A stretch of DNA of 64,000 bases from Bacilli bacterium (GTDB lineage Bacteria > Bacillota_I > Bacilli_A > RF39 > UBA660): NCBI GenBank assembly GCA_017484125.1, contig JAFUTV010000007.1:21875-85874 (forward strand), in the 5' to 3' direction. Below are positions 50,119 through 60,000 of this stretch, piece by piece. Both the position numbers and the translations under genes were made by a program. Under the pieces are notes generated by a model. That model searched no databases. It saw only the letters and a program-made list of their open reading frames with translations, and was not told where the DNA came from. Position 1 is the first letter of the stretch. Each line of letters begins with the position of its first letter.

Positions 50119-51742
50119 CTTCCTTATCCAATTGATTATTTAAACATTTGATTCCTTGAATAAAAAATGCTAATTGTCTTTTTGGATAATCACTATGTAA
50201 TGGTACCATTGAAATAAAAAGTAGTCCTTCGATTAATTCTATATCATTAATATTTATTTCGTGTTTTTCCATTATTTCATCGTATAATTTATAGTTATTA
50301 TCCCTATATAATAATAATTTAAAAATACCATCTTTTTCTTTAACTTCAAACAAATCATTAATAATATCATCATAATTACCATGATAACAATGACGTAGTT
50401 TAGCTAAATCATACCTATAATCTCCATATATTGTATCTATTCCAAAATTTCCTCGAGGATCAATAAATTTAAAAATCATATTTCTAGGTGAAACTAATAT
50501 ATTAGTAAATGCTGGATCACCATGTATAATACTTATATAGTTTATTGAGTTATTACATAATCTATTAATTCTAGGTTCTAATTCTTTTAAAAGTTTTTTT
50601 ATACCAAAATACTTTTTATCATTAATAATTATATTATCTAGATTAACTAAATCTTTTCTTTCCCAATCATTTATTCTGTTTTTTGTTTTATCGATTAACA
50701 TTTTCTTTAGTAAATCTGAAAAAATTAAGCTAACTTGCTGATTATTCTTATATATATCCATTAATTTAGTCAATAAACTATTAAATATAAAACTTCTACT
50801 ATAATCAGTTAAAGGATAAAAAGTATTATACTCTGCTAAAGTTAAGTAATCATAATACTCTATACCATATTCAAAATCTAATCTCAAATTATCATAAAAT
50901 TTTGGACTTAGTTTTTCAAAATCTGTCTTTTCAATATCTTTAAACCATTGAATCTCGGAACTGATTTTTGAATAATTACTTTTTTTATGAATAACTCCTA
51001 ATTTATCTAAATATAAATCATTAAAGTTTCTACAATTGAAACTATTTCTATTGGTAGTAATATATGTTTGTAAATTACCTATATCTTCCCAAGTAGTAAT
51101 ATTCTCTATTTCTAATTTTTCTTCATTTCTATACAAATCTAAATAAGATGATAATTGATATTCATTTTCTTTCTTTTTTATTGGTAAAGTTAATACTTTT
51201 TTTAATAACTTAGCATTTTTAAAAAAATATAGTCCAATTGCTGCATATTTTGTATCTATTTTTGTTTTTGGTTTATCAATAATTTTAGTAATAATATTGT
51301 TTTTTTCTTCTATCATACAATAAATTATTTTTTCATCATCTTTTACTTTAGAAACGCCAATCCAACTATTATTATAACTTTTTGGATATTTACATAATGT
51401 ATCTGAAAGTAATAGAATAACCCCTTTATTATCTTTTATATATGGTTGAGTTATTTCAAGTGCTTTTCCTGGACCAGAAAAATCCTCTTGAACAACATAA
51501 GTTATATTTAAATTTATATTTTTAAAAGAATTATTCATAAAATCTTTTATTAAAACTTTATTTTCTAAATTTACAACAAAAATAATATCCTTTAATCCAT
51601 TATTAATTAATGGAATTAACATATTATAAATAGCTGGTTTTTGTTTTATACTTAACAAGCACTTTGGAAATCCAAGTGTTAATGGATATAGTCTTGATCC
51701 TTTTCCTGCCATAAGTACAATTAATTGTTTATTTTTATACAT
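50105..51742 (-). CDS. nucleotidyltransferase-phosphotransferase fusion (BcbE/EcbE-like)
   Basis: N-terminal MAGKGSRL.P....PK, GPG, WEDIG; C-terminal IHGDPAFTNIL, FIDPRG, GDYRYDLAKL. Confidence 0.8.
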   Translation of the reverse strand: MYKNKQLIVLMAGKGSRLYPLTLGFPKCLLSIKQKPAIYNMLIPLINNGLKDIIFVVNLENKVLIKDFMNNSFKNINLNITYVVQEDFSGPGKALEITQPYIKDNKGVILLLSDTLCKYPKSYNNSWIGVSKVKDDEKIIYCMIEEKNNIITKIIDKPKTKIDTKYAAIGLYFFKNAKLLKKVLTLPIKKKENEYQLSSYLDLYRNEEKLEIENITTWEDIGNLQTYITTNRNSFNCRNFNDLYLDKLGVIHKKSNYSKISSEIQWFKDIEKTDFEKLSPKFYDNLRLDFEYGIEYYDYLTLAEYNTFYPLTDYSRSFIFNSLLTKLMDIYKNNQQVSLIFSDLLKKMLIDKTKNRINDWERKDLVNLDNIIINDKKYFGIKKLLKELEPRINRLCNNSINYISIIHGDPAFTNILVSPRNMIFKFIDPRGNFGIDTIYGDYRYDLAKLRHCYHGNYDDIINDLFEVKEKDGIFKLLLYRDNNYKLYDEIMEKHEININDIELIEGLLFISMVPLHSDYPKRQLAFFIQGIKCLNNQLDKEDDYE

Positions 51743-51743
51743 A

Positions 51744-52556
51744 TTATCTCTCCTTTAATAATTTAATTAATTTATCACTTTTATTATTTTCTACTCCAAA
51801 TGTTTGTCTTTCGTCATGATAATCACTTCCACAAGATGTTAATATATTATATTTTTTTGCTAAATAACTATAGTATTTCTCTTGTAAATGAGTTGTTTTA
51901 CTAGTATTTAGTACTTCAATGCCATCTAAACCGTTATTTACCAATTTTTTTATTAATTTATCAAGTGAATAATCATCTAACTTTAAAGTTGATGGATGAG
52001 CAAGAAAAGCTAATCCGTTTCCTTCCTTTATTACTCTCAAAATTTCTTTTAATTCTAAAAATCTTGATTTTTCATAAAACTTAGAATTTTTGCCAGTATA
52101 TAAAATACCGGCATTATAAGGAGTATTTGCATATCCTTTATCAACAATCATCCGCCTTATTAATCCCTTAGAAATTGCATAATTTGGATATTCATCAATA
52201 TTTAAATCAAATTTATAATAATCTCTCAATTTTTTTATTAATCTCAAACATAGATTTGCGTTGTATTCATAAATTTCTTTTAATTTTTTTTCTATTTTCA
52301 AAGTATGCTTGAGGTCATAACATAAAATATGCATTTGCTCATAATCTTCAACTGTAAATTCAATACCGTTGATAATTTTTACACTACTTTTTCCATATAA
52401 TTCCTCATATTCTCTTTTTATATCAATATTAGAAATATAATCATGATCTGTAAAACTTAAGTATTTTATTTTTTTATCTTCAGCTCTTTTTAATAATTCT
52501 AATCTAGTATATTTACCATCAGAATCCGTAGTATGCACATGTAAATCATAAATCAT
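51744..52556 (-). CDS. PHP domain phosphoesterase
   Basis: DLHVHTTDSDG, TDHD, GIEF, LAHP, DGIEV, GSDYH. Confidence 0.9.
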   Translation of the reverse strand: MIYDLHVHTTDSDGKYTRLELLKRAEDKKIKYLSFTDHDYISNIDIKREYEELYGKSSVKIINGIEFTVEDYEQMHILCYDLKHTLKIEKKLKEIYEYNANLCLRLIKKLRDYYKFDLNIDEYPNYAISKGLIRRMIVDKGYANTPYNAGILYTGKNSKFYEKSRFLELKEILRVIKEGNGLAFLAHPSTLKLDDYSLDKLIKKLVNNGLDGIEVLNTSKTTHLQEKYYSYLAKKYNILTSCGSDYHDERQTFGVENNKSDKLIKLLKER

Positions 52557-52957
52557 ATTATTTCCCCCATTTCATTTAAATTTTTATCAATATTGCATAT
52601 TTTAGCTAAATCATCTAAATCATTTTCCAGAAATTCTTTAGGTCTTATTGCTCTATCATCAATATAAAATCCATCTTTTCCTGGCCATGGCTTACCATAT
52701 ATCACTTCATCATATGGAATATTCCATTTTTTTAACCATTTCTCTAAAATAGGCTTTGTATATTTTAAAATTTTATCTAAATCACCTTCATAAGTTCTCA
52801 TATTCCTGGAAGTAAACAATACTATTTTATATCCTTTATTTTTATACATTGTTATTTTATCTATCATCTTTTTATAAGGAATTAAATCTTCATATCTTTC
52901 ATTTGTTTTTTTTGCAGGACATATAGTACTATCGATATCAAATATTAAAGTGTTCAT
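52553..52957 (-). CDS. HAD-IIIC phosphatase, EcbF/BcbF family
   Basis: FDIDSTI, LFTSRNMRTY, WL.KWNIPYDE..YGKPW, FYIDDRAIRP.EF. Confidence 0.85.
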   Translation of the reverse strand: MNTLIFDIDSTICPAKKTNERYEDLIPYKKMIDKITMYKNKGYKIVLFTSRNMRTYEGDLDKILKYTKPILEKWLKKWNIPYDEVIYGKPWPGKDGFYIDDRAIRPKEFLENDLDDLAKICNIDKNLNEMGEII

Positions 52958-53009
52958 TTTCTCCCCTCCTGAAAAAATTATATTTAATATATAAAAAACA
53001 AACTAGTAG

Positions 53010-53047
53010 AAAAATAAATTTTATTTTTTTAAAAATTCCAGGAATTT
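53010..53047. promoter_or_regulatory. two palindromes in the divergent promoter region
   Basis: AAAAATAAA-T-TTTATTTTT (53010-53028) and AAATTCC-A-GGAATTT (53033-53047). Confidence 0.35.
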
Positions 53048-53098
53048 CTTCAATAATTCCAAATTATATGTTATTATATCTATTAGAGGTGAAATATA

Positions 53099-54583
53099 AT
53101 GAATGAAACCACTCTTTTAGATAAGATTAATATTAAAACATATCCAGAACTTATCATTAATTACTTTAAAGAAAACAATATTAATACAAATATAACCAAT
53201 CTTAGAAGTTTTTATTATAAGTTATTAGATAGTATTAATGTGGATATTAGAGATTCATATTTAAATAGAATTCTTAAATATCTATCTAGCAAGGAAGAAA
53301 GTACAATTTTAATACTTGAAGATATTAAAGATAATATATATAAAAAAGAATTAGTAGTTTTTTTTGAAGAATTAAATAATATAATATTGAACAATTCTAC
53401 TAATTCATTCTTTTATAAAAATCTTTTAGAAAATTGCAGTTTTATATTTTTTGAGGATGAAGAATTAAACATTATTAATAATTTATATTCAAATAAAAAA
53501 TATGGATTACTTTTATATGAACTATTTATTCATGCATGTAAAAATTATAAAATTAATACTCCTAAAATCACTGCTGAAAGATTACTAAATAATTCTTACT
53601 GTTTATATGACGATGCTGATTTAAAGCCAGTACTAATTAAAACATCTGCAGATTTAGGTAATGATATTGCATGTGAATTATATGGTAATATAGTATATTC
53701 TGATCATAACGAAAGACTTATTTATTTTTTAAAAGGAAGAAATAATCCACAAAACTTATGGGAAATTGGATTTATTATAGAGCATTTTGAAATATCAGAA
53801 AATCAATTAACCATGTTAAAAAAAGAATTAAAAAATATATTTGATGAAGGTAGCAAATATATGCAAAATATAATCGTTACTAATCAAACAAACTCATTTA
53901 ATAAAGAATGTATTTCTTTAGCACTAGAAATCTATTTGTATTTAGCAAATGAAAAAAATAATTCTAAGGGATTATGTAGTGTTGGAAAATTTTTCTTAGG
54001 CCATAAAGTTGCAATTATTGAAAACAATAAAATAGATGAGGAAAAGAGTATTCAAATGGGAATTGATTATTCATTTAAAGCTGTTAGACTTGGTAATGTG
54101 CATGCTATGCAAAATATTGGAACATATTTTTATAAAAATAAAAAAGAAAATGAAGAATATAAATACAAAGAATTACTGCAAATAGGTGCTGATGTTAAAG
54201 ATTTATTATCATGCGTTTATTTAACAAAAGTATTAATTGATGAAAATAAAATAGAAGAAGCAGAAAAATATCTTAAAATAATTGTTAAACAAAAAGATGG
54301 TGAATCATTATATAGATTAGGCAAAATATATGAGACAAGATTACAAACGCAGGAAGCAATAAAATATTATAAAGATGCTATTAGTAATAATTACTACATT
54401 GCATCAATTGATTTAGCTAAATTGTATTTTACCGAATATATGAATAATTCAGAAAATTCAAATATAAAGAATGGTTACTTATTATTAGCAATAAATGTAT
54501 TGGAAAATAACTATAATAAATATGAAGAAAAAGAAAAGAAAGAAGCAAATGAATTATTAAATAATTTTAAATCTTTAATATAA
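53099..54583 (+). CDS. Sel1/TPR-like repeat protein
   Basis: SADLGNDIAC, AVRLGNVHAMQNIG, GESLYRLGKIYE, AISNNYYIASIDLA. Confidence 0.75.
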   Translation: MNETTLLDKINIKTYPELIINYFKENNINTNITNLRSFYYKLLDSINVDIRDSYLNRILKYLSSKEESTILILEDIKDNIYKKELVVFFEELNNIILNNSTNSFFYKNLLENCSFIFFEDEELNIINNLYSNKKYGLLLYELFIHACKNYKINTPKITAERLLNNSYCLYDDADLKPVLIKTSADLGNDIACELYGNIVYSDHNERLIYFLKGRNNPQNLWEIGFIIEHFEISENQLTMLKKELKNIFDEGSKYMQNIIVTNQTNSFNKECISLALEIYLYLANEKNNSKGLCSVGKFFLGHKVAIIENNKIDEEKSIQMGIDYSFKAVRLGNVHAMQNIGTYFYKNKKENEEYKYKELLQIGADVKDLLSCVYLTKVLIDENKIEEAEKYLKIIVKQKDGESLYRLGKIYETRLQTQEAIKYYKDAISNNYYIASIDLAKLYFTEYMNNSENSNIKNGYLLLAINVLENNYNKYEEKEKKEANELLNNFKSLI

Positions 54584-54601
54584 ATTACTTAAATAGTCAT
54601 T

Positions 54602-54630
54602 AAAAAAAGACATTAAATGTCTTTTTTTAT
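54602..54630. terminator. bidirectional terminator
   Basis: AAAAAAAGACATT-A-AATGTCTTTTTTT between convergent genes. Confidence 0.7.
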
Positions 54631-54631
54631 T

Positions 54632-55390
54632 TTAAATAAATATAATCATAAGTATATCTGATATTAAATGACATAATCCATGTGAAATCATTGCATATCC
54701 TATTCCATATTTTCTATATAAATATCCAAAGCATAATCCTAATCCACCATTAAATAATAAACATCTAATAACTATTAATGGTGTGATTTCAGTCATAATT
54801 GCTGTTGAAGGAATATGTCCTACTGCAAAAATTAATGCACAAATAATATTGGCTAATATATATACTTTGACTGGTATTTCTTTATTATTTTTATAAAATA
54901 ATTTAGAAAAAATAAATACTACAAGTGACATTAAAAATAATCTCATCATTACTTCCTCAATAATTCCACCAGCAAGTAATCCAGCAATAATTTTATAGAT
55001 AGTAGGTTTTACCATATATTGTTCACCTACCCAAGTATTAAATGTACCAAATATCAATTTATCTCCAGGGAATAAAACAAGTGCACTAATAATAGTAATA
55101 ATTGCTGTTGTAATTATTGTTTTTTTATTTAATTTAAATTCTTTCCATAGTTTAACTTTTTTAGATAATAAAATACCTATAAAAGTCAAAATTAATCCAT
55201 ATAAAATACCATATTGTATCATAGAGGCTATAGCTAACATTTCTTTAGTTACATTTTGTTCTTGTATTTGTTTTAGAATTTCACCAGACAATGAATCATA
55301 TAAATATAAACCTGTAAAATAACCACCTATTAGTCCTCCAATTAAAACAAATAATAAAAATTTCCAATTATCTTTTATAACTTTTTTCAT
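54632..55390 (-). CDS. CPBP (Abi/CAAX) intramembrane protease
   Basis: GGIIEEVMMR, FAVGH, AMISHG..H. Confidence 0.85.
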   Translation of the reverse strand: MKKVIKDNWKFLLFVLIGGLIGGYFTGLYLYDSLSGEILKQIQEQNVTKEMLAIASMIQYGILYGLILTFIGILLSKKVKLWKEFKLNKKTIITTAIITIISALVLFPGDKLIFGTFNTWVGEQYMVKPTIYKIIAGLLAGGIIEEVMMRLFLMSLVVFIFSKLFYKNNKEIPVKVYILANIICALIFAVGHIPSTAIMTEITPLIVIRCLLFNGGLGLCFGYLYRKYGIGYAMISHGLCHLISDILMIIFI

Positions 55391-56010
55391 AATTTGTTAT
55401 CACCTTTACTCATAACTTTTTTTGACCAACTTCTTTTACCACATTTAGGACATTTTAAATATCTTGTTGTACTCATGTGTGGTGCCCATAAAACACTAAA
55501 ATATGATGGTATATATTTATGATGACATTTTTTGCATTCGTAGTAACCAGCATCTAATTCAAATTTTAATGCAATAAAAGCTGCTACTATAAATAATGCT
55601 GTAGAAGCACAAATAATTGTACCTAATAAAAAACCTTCTTCTAATTTATATAATGATATTCCCAATATACCTACATAAAATAATGCACTTGTTATTAAAA
55701 TAGTCCACATAGATGTCATTAATTTTTTATTTTTAATTTCATCTTGCCTTGCAAGCTCTAGTAATAATTCTTCATTTTTTCTTTCAAAATTCTTCATATC
55801 AATTCTTTCACCATTTAAAAGTTCATTGACATTTATATCTAATATATTACATAAATCTAACATCTTATCTGCATCTGGTAAAGATAATCCTCTTTCCCAT
55901 TTTGATACAGCACGATCTGTAATATATAGTTTTTCTGCTAATTGTTCTTGAGTTATTTTTTTATCTTTTCTACAATCAGCAATAAATTTTCCGATTTTTA
56001 TTAAATCCAT
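55387..56010 (-). CDS. XRE-family HTH regulator with TMs and C-terminal zinc ribbon
   Basis: IGKFIADCRK..ITQEQLAE....RAVSKWERG; CKKC...CPKC. Confidence 0.85.
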   Translation of the reverse strand: MDLIKIGKFIADCRKDKKITQEQLAEKLYITDRAVSKWERGLSLPDADKMLDLCNILDINVNELLNGERIDMKNFERKNEELLLELARQDEIKNKKLMTSMWTILITSALFYVGILGISLYKLEEGFLLGTIICASTALFIVAAFIALKFELDAGYYECKKCHHKYIPSYFSVLWAPHMSTTRYLKCPKCGKRSWSKKVMSKGDNKL

Positions 56011-56095
56011 GAACTTTTTTCTCCTTTCATGACTTAATTATAAAATAAGTCACATATAAGTTACACATACTAATGGTTGAGTTGATACTTTATAA

Positions 56096-56602
56096 TTATT
56101 TATACTCTACTATATCTTCAATATTTTTTCTTTTTTCATGTAAAGGATTAATTGGACAATCATCAGTCTTATATCCTAAAGGAAGTAAGCATACAGGAAT
56201 ATATTCACTTGGAATATTAAATTCTTCTCTTAATATATCTTCATCAAATAATTCAATCCAAATATTATCTACTCCTAAATTAGTTGCTTCAAGCATCATA
56301 TGAGTTGCTACAATACATGAGTCCATTTCATACGTAGAATAATCACCCTTATGGTATGCTTCAAAAGTATTTCCACATACTATTAAAACAGTTTTAGCTC
56401 CATATCTACAATTTGATGCTTTGTCTATTTTTAAAAGTCCATTTTCAGTATTAACTACATATATTTTTATAGGTTGAATATTTTTAGCAGTTGGAGCTAT
56501 TCTTCCTGCTTCTAATATTTTATCTAATTTTGCTTGTTCTAATATTTTATTACTAAATTTTCTAATTGCAGTTCTTTTTCTTATTACATTTTCAAATTCC
56601 AT
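56096..56602 (-). CDS. nitroreductase family protein
   Basis: RTAIRKF, APTAKNIQP, ATNLGVDNIWI, LPLGY. Confidence 0.9.
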   Translation of the reverse strand: MEFENVIRKRTAIRKFSNKILEQAKLDKILEAGRIAPTAKNIQPIKIYVVNTENGLLKIDKASNCRYGAKTVLIVCGNTFEAYHKGDYSTYEMDSCIVATHMMLEATNLGVDNIWIELFDEDILREEFNIPSEYIPVCLLPLGYKTDDCPINPLHEKRKNIEDIVEYK

Positions 56603-56648
56603 ATTATTCTTTCCATTCTATATATAATTATATTTTATTTAAATATAG

Positions 56649-58157
56649 CTATACTTTAGTTTTCAATGATTTATTTATTCTTTTTAAAGAAACATCAATT
56701 GCTTTTTGTGGACATACAAGTTTACATAACTGACATCCAACACATTTTTTGGCATTTAAAATTGGTTTTCTATCTTCGCTAAATTCAATTGCTTGATGTC
56801 CACCATCTCTACATGAAATATAACATCTACCACACCCAATACACCTGTCATAATTAATCATTGGAAACTCAATAGTATCTTTATCTAATTCATCATTATT
56901 AATTAAATTTGATTTTGATAATCCAATAAAGTCGGAAACTTTTTCATATTTTTTTTCTTTCATATATATTTTTAATCCCATTATTAAATCATCAATAATT
57001 CTGTAACCATATTCCAATATTGCAGTTGTTATTTGAATACTTGAACATCCTAATAGCATAAACTCTAATGCATCTTTCCATGTATAAATTCCACCCATAC
57101 CACTGTAATACAAATCTTTTAATTCAGAATTATTAGTCATATCAGAAATATATCTTAAGGCAATTGGTTTTATAGCACGTCCTGAATAACCTCCTAATGA
57201 TGATTTGCCATTAACTTGAGGTTCAGGTACTAAAGTATCAATATCAACGTTAGTTATGCATTTAATTGTATTTATAGCAGATATTCCATCTGCCCCACCA
57301 TTTTTTGCTGCAATGGCAGGAACACATATATCAGTTATATTTGGTGTCATTTTTGCTAATACTGGAACATTAGTATTTTCTTTTACAATTCTTGTAAATT
57401 CTTCCACAAGTTTTGGATTTTGACCAACATCTGATCCAGTACCTTTATGTTTCATATTTGGACAAGAAAAATTCAATTCAATTATATCTGCACCAGCTGA
57501 TGTTACCTCTTTAGTTAAGTACTTCCATTCATTTTCATCTTTACCCATGATAGATGCAATTATTACCTTTTCAGGAAATTCTTTTTTCAATTTTTTTATC
57601 ATTTCCATATTTTCTTCAACTGAATGTTCAGATAATTGCTCTATATTTTTAAAACCAAGAAAACTTTTATTATTTCCTTTTAAAGTTGAAAAACGTGGTG
57701 AAGACTCATCAATTTGCATTAAACTAATTGTTTTAACAGATATTCCAGCCCAACCACTTTCTAATGCTCTTTTACACATTTCATAGTTACTTCCAACAAT
57801 TGATGATGATAACAAAAATGGATTTTCAAGTTTTATGCCACAAATTGTTGTACTTATATCTATATTATTATAATTACTAACAACACATTTATCTTTAATA
57901 ATATTTTTTAATATATATTCTATATTAACATTCAATGGACACTTAGTATCGCAATCTTCATTTTTTTGAAAATGAAGATCTTTATTAATTAGTGCAATAG
58001 CCCCCTTAGTATTTTCAAATTTAATTGCTCTGAGTATTCTTGATGGATCAATATTTTTATATATTTTTTTGCAGGGAGCATCATAACATAATACACATTT
58101 GTTAATTTCAGTTTCCATAGATAACTCACTCCTAGCTAATTTATCATTTTTTTTCAT
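56649..58157 (-). CDS. preA: dihydropyrimidine dehydrogenase PreA with N-terminal PreT-like Fe-S fragment
   Basis: FKNIEQLS, ELNFSCP, KMTPN, AINT, GGYSG, 2[4Fe-4S] C-terminus (CIGCGRC, CVGCQLC); N-terminal KCVLCYDAPC. Confidence 0.88.
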   Translation of the reverse strand: MKKNDKLARSELSMETEINKCVLCYDAPCKKIYKNIDPSRILRAIKFENTKGAIALINKDLHFQKNEDCDTKCPLNVNIEYILKNIIKDKCVVSNYNNIDISTTICGIKLENPFLLSSSIVGSNYEMCKRALESGWAGISVKTISLMQIDESSPRFSTLKGNNKSFLGFKNIEQLSEHSVEENMEMIKKLKKEFPEKVIIASIMGKDENEWKYLTKEVTSAGADIIELNFSCPNMKHKGTGSDVGQNPKLVEEFTRIVKENTNVPVLAKMTPNITDICVPAIAAKNGGADGISAINTIKCITNVDIDTLVPEPQVNGKSSLGGYSGRAIKPIALRYISDMTNNSELKDLYYSGMGGIYTWKDALEFMLLGCSSIQITTAILEYGYRIIDDLIMGLKIYMKEKKYEKVSDFIGLSKSNLINNDELDKDTIEFPMINYDRCIGCGRCYISCRDGGHQAIEFSEDRKPILNAKKCVGCQLCKLVCPQKAIDVSLKRINKSLKTKV

Positions 58158-58219
58158 ATATATCTCCTTCTTACACTTACTTATGTATTATATTTTAATT
58201 ATTATAACATATTAAAAAA

Positions 58220-58249
58220 GAAAACTCTATTTTTAAAAATAGAGTTTTC
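58220..58249. terminator. perfect 30-bp palindrome, probable terminator
   Basis: GAAAACTCTATTTTT|AAAAATAGAGTTTTC between the GNAT gene and preA. Confidence 0.6.
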
Positions 58250-58347
58250 AAACATTTTACCTAATGCTACAAAAAATAGCTAAACATTTGCAATTACATT
58301 CGCAAATATTTTACAATTTCTTTAAATAAAAAAGCCAAAACAATAAA

Positions 58348-58839
58348 CTATTTAACAAATGCAGTCATTGGGCCTCGTTCATTTTCATATTCATCCACTA
58401 TTTTATAACCAGCTTTTAGAATATTTTGTATCGAATAAACATTATCAGAATGTGCTTTAGTAAACATATGTTCTTTACCAATACTTTTTACATAGTCATT
58501 TAAAACATCAAGCATAGCCATTTGTAATCCGTTACCAACATATTCTTTTCTAACCATTATTGGTCCAAGACTTCCTGTAATGGATTCATCGTAATCTATA
58601 TTGTGTTTTTTTAATGATTTATTAGATGCTGGAATATAAAATACAGAGCATACAGGAATATCTTTATCATAATACATCCAAATTTTACCACCAATAGTCA
58701 ATAATTGCTCTATTTCATCACGCGTAAATGTTCCAAGCCATTGCGGATGTTCCATATTATCTATAACATAATTATATAAATCAAAATATTCATCAAGATT
58801 AACATTATCACTAACTTCTTTTAAATCAATTAATTTCAT
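58348..58839 (-). CDS. GNAT family acetyltransferase
   Basis: VRKEYVGNGLQ acetyl-CoA motif, N..S..NILKAGY. Confidence 0.82.
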   Translation of the reverse strand: MKLIDLKEVSDNVNLDEYFDLYNYVIDNMEHPQWLGTFTRDEIEQLLTIGGKIWMYYDKDIPVCSVFYIPASNKSLKKHNIDYDESITGSLGPIMVRKEYVGNGLQMAMLDVLNDYVKSIGKEHMFTKAHSDNVYSIQNILKAGYKIVDEYENERGPMTAFVK

Positions 58840-58918
58840 AAATACAACATTCCTTATTAAATTATATCAAATATATCACTATATTTTTTGCTCGTAATAT
58901 CTTAATATTCTGAGCTTT

Positions 58919-59911
58919 TTATTTTAAATAATCTTTTAAGAATTTTTCTATCTTATCAAATGGTATTTTATCTTTTTGATCATATAAATCAGTATGAGTT
59001 GCTCCTGGTATAACTACTAATTCTTTATTGCTAGTATATTTAGAATCTTTAATCATATTATCATAAGCATCTTTTCCCATATAAAATGAATGAGCTTTAT
59101 CTCCATGAACAATCATTACAGCACTTCTAATCTCATTAGAATAATGTAATAATCTTACATTCATCATTGAAGTACTAGATTGTATTGCCCAACCTCCATT
59201 TGAATTTAAACTTCTCTTATGATAACCTCTTGGAGTTTTATAATATGCATGATAACCTTGTAAGAATTCAGGAGAATCTTCTGGTAACGGATCGATTACT
59301 CCACCAGCTAGAGCATATTCTCCATTCTTATAATCTTCATTTCTTTGATTATTTAAATTAACTCTTTGTTGGTATCTTGCTTCTTCATTATCTTGTTCGT
59401 CAAAATATCCATTTCCAGCGACTCTAGACATATCATACATAGTTGATGCGATAGTAGCTTTTATTCTTGTATCAATACATGCAGTTTGAAGTGCCATTCC
59501 ACCCCAACCACAAATACCTATAATTCCAACACGCTCAGAATCAACATTATCTAAACTAATTAGATAATCTACTGCTGCTTGAAAGTCTTCTACATTGATA
59601 TCAAAAGATGTCATATATCTTGGTTCTCCACCTGATTCACCAGTAAACGATGGATCAAATGCAATTGTTAAAAATCCTCTTTCAGCCATTTCTTGAGCAT
59701 ATAATCCACTTGACTGCTCTTTTACTGCTCCATAAGGACCACTTACAGCTAAAGCTGGTAGTTTACCTTCATAATCTTTTGGCTCATACATATCAGCTGC
59801 TAATGTAATGCCAAAATGATTTTTAAATGTTACTTTTTTGTGATTTACTTTATCACTTTGAGGGAATACTTTATCCCATTCTTGAACTAGATTTAATTCT
59901 TCTTTCATCAT
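58919..59911 (-). CDS. alpha/beta hydrolase (YcjY-like)
   Basis: GPYGAVKEQ, FDPSFTGESGG, GICGWGG nucleophile elbow, GATHTDLYD. Start moved to ATG 59911. Confidence 0.88.
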   Translation of the reverse strand: MMKEELNLVQEWDKVFPQSDKVNHKKVTFKNHFGITLAADMYEPKDYEGKLPALAVSGPYGAVKEQSSGLYAQEMAERGFLTIAFDPSFTGESGGEPRYMTSFDINVEDFQAAVDYLISLDNVDSERVGIIGICGWGGMALQTACIDTRIKATIASTMYDMSRVAGNGYFDEQDNEEARYQQRVNLNNQRNEDYKNGEYALAGGVIDPLPEDSPEFLQGYHAYYKTPRGYHKRSLNSNGGWAIQSSTSMMNVRLLHYSNEIRSAVMIVHGDKAHSFYMGKDAYDNMIKDSKYTSNKELVVIPGATHTDLYDQKDKIPFDKIEKFLKDYLK

Positions 59912-60000
59912 ATTCCTCCTAACATTCAATAAATATTATACCACAACAAAAGCAGATTTTTACATCTGCTTTAAAGTATGAGAATATCTTAATATTGCGA

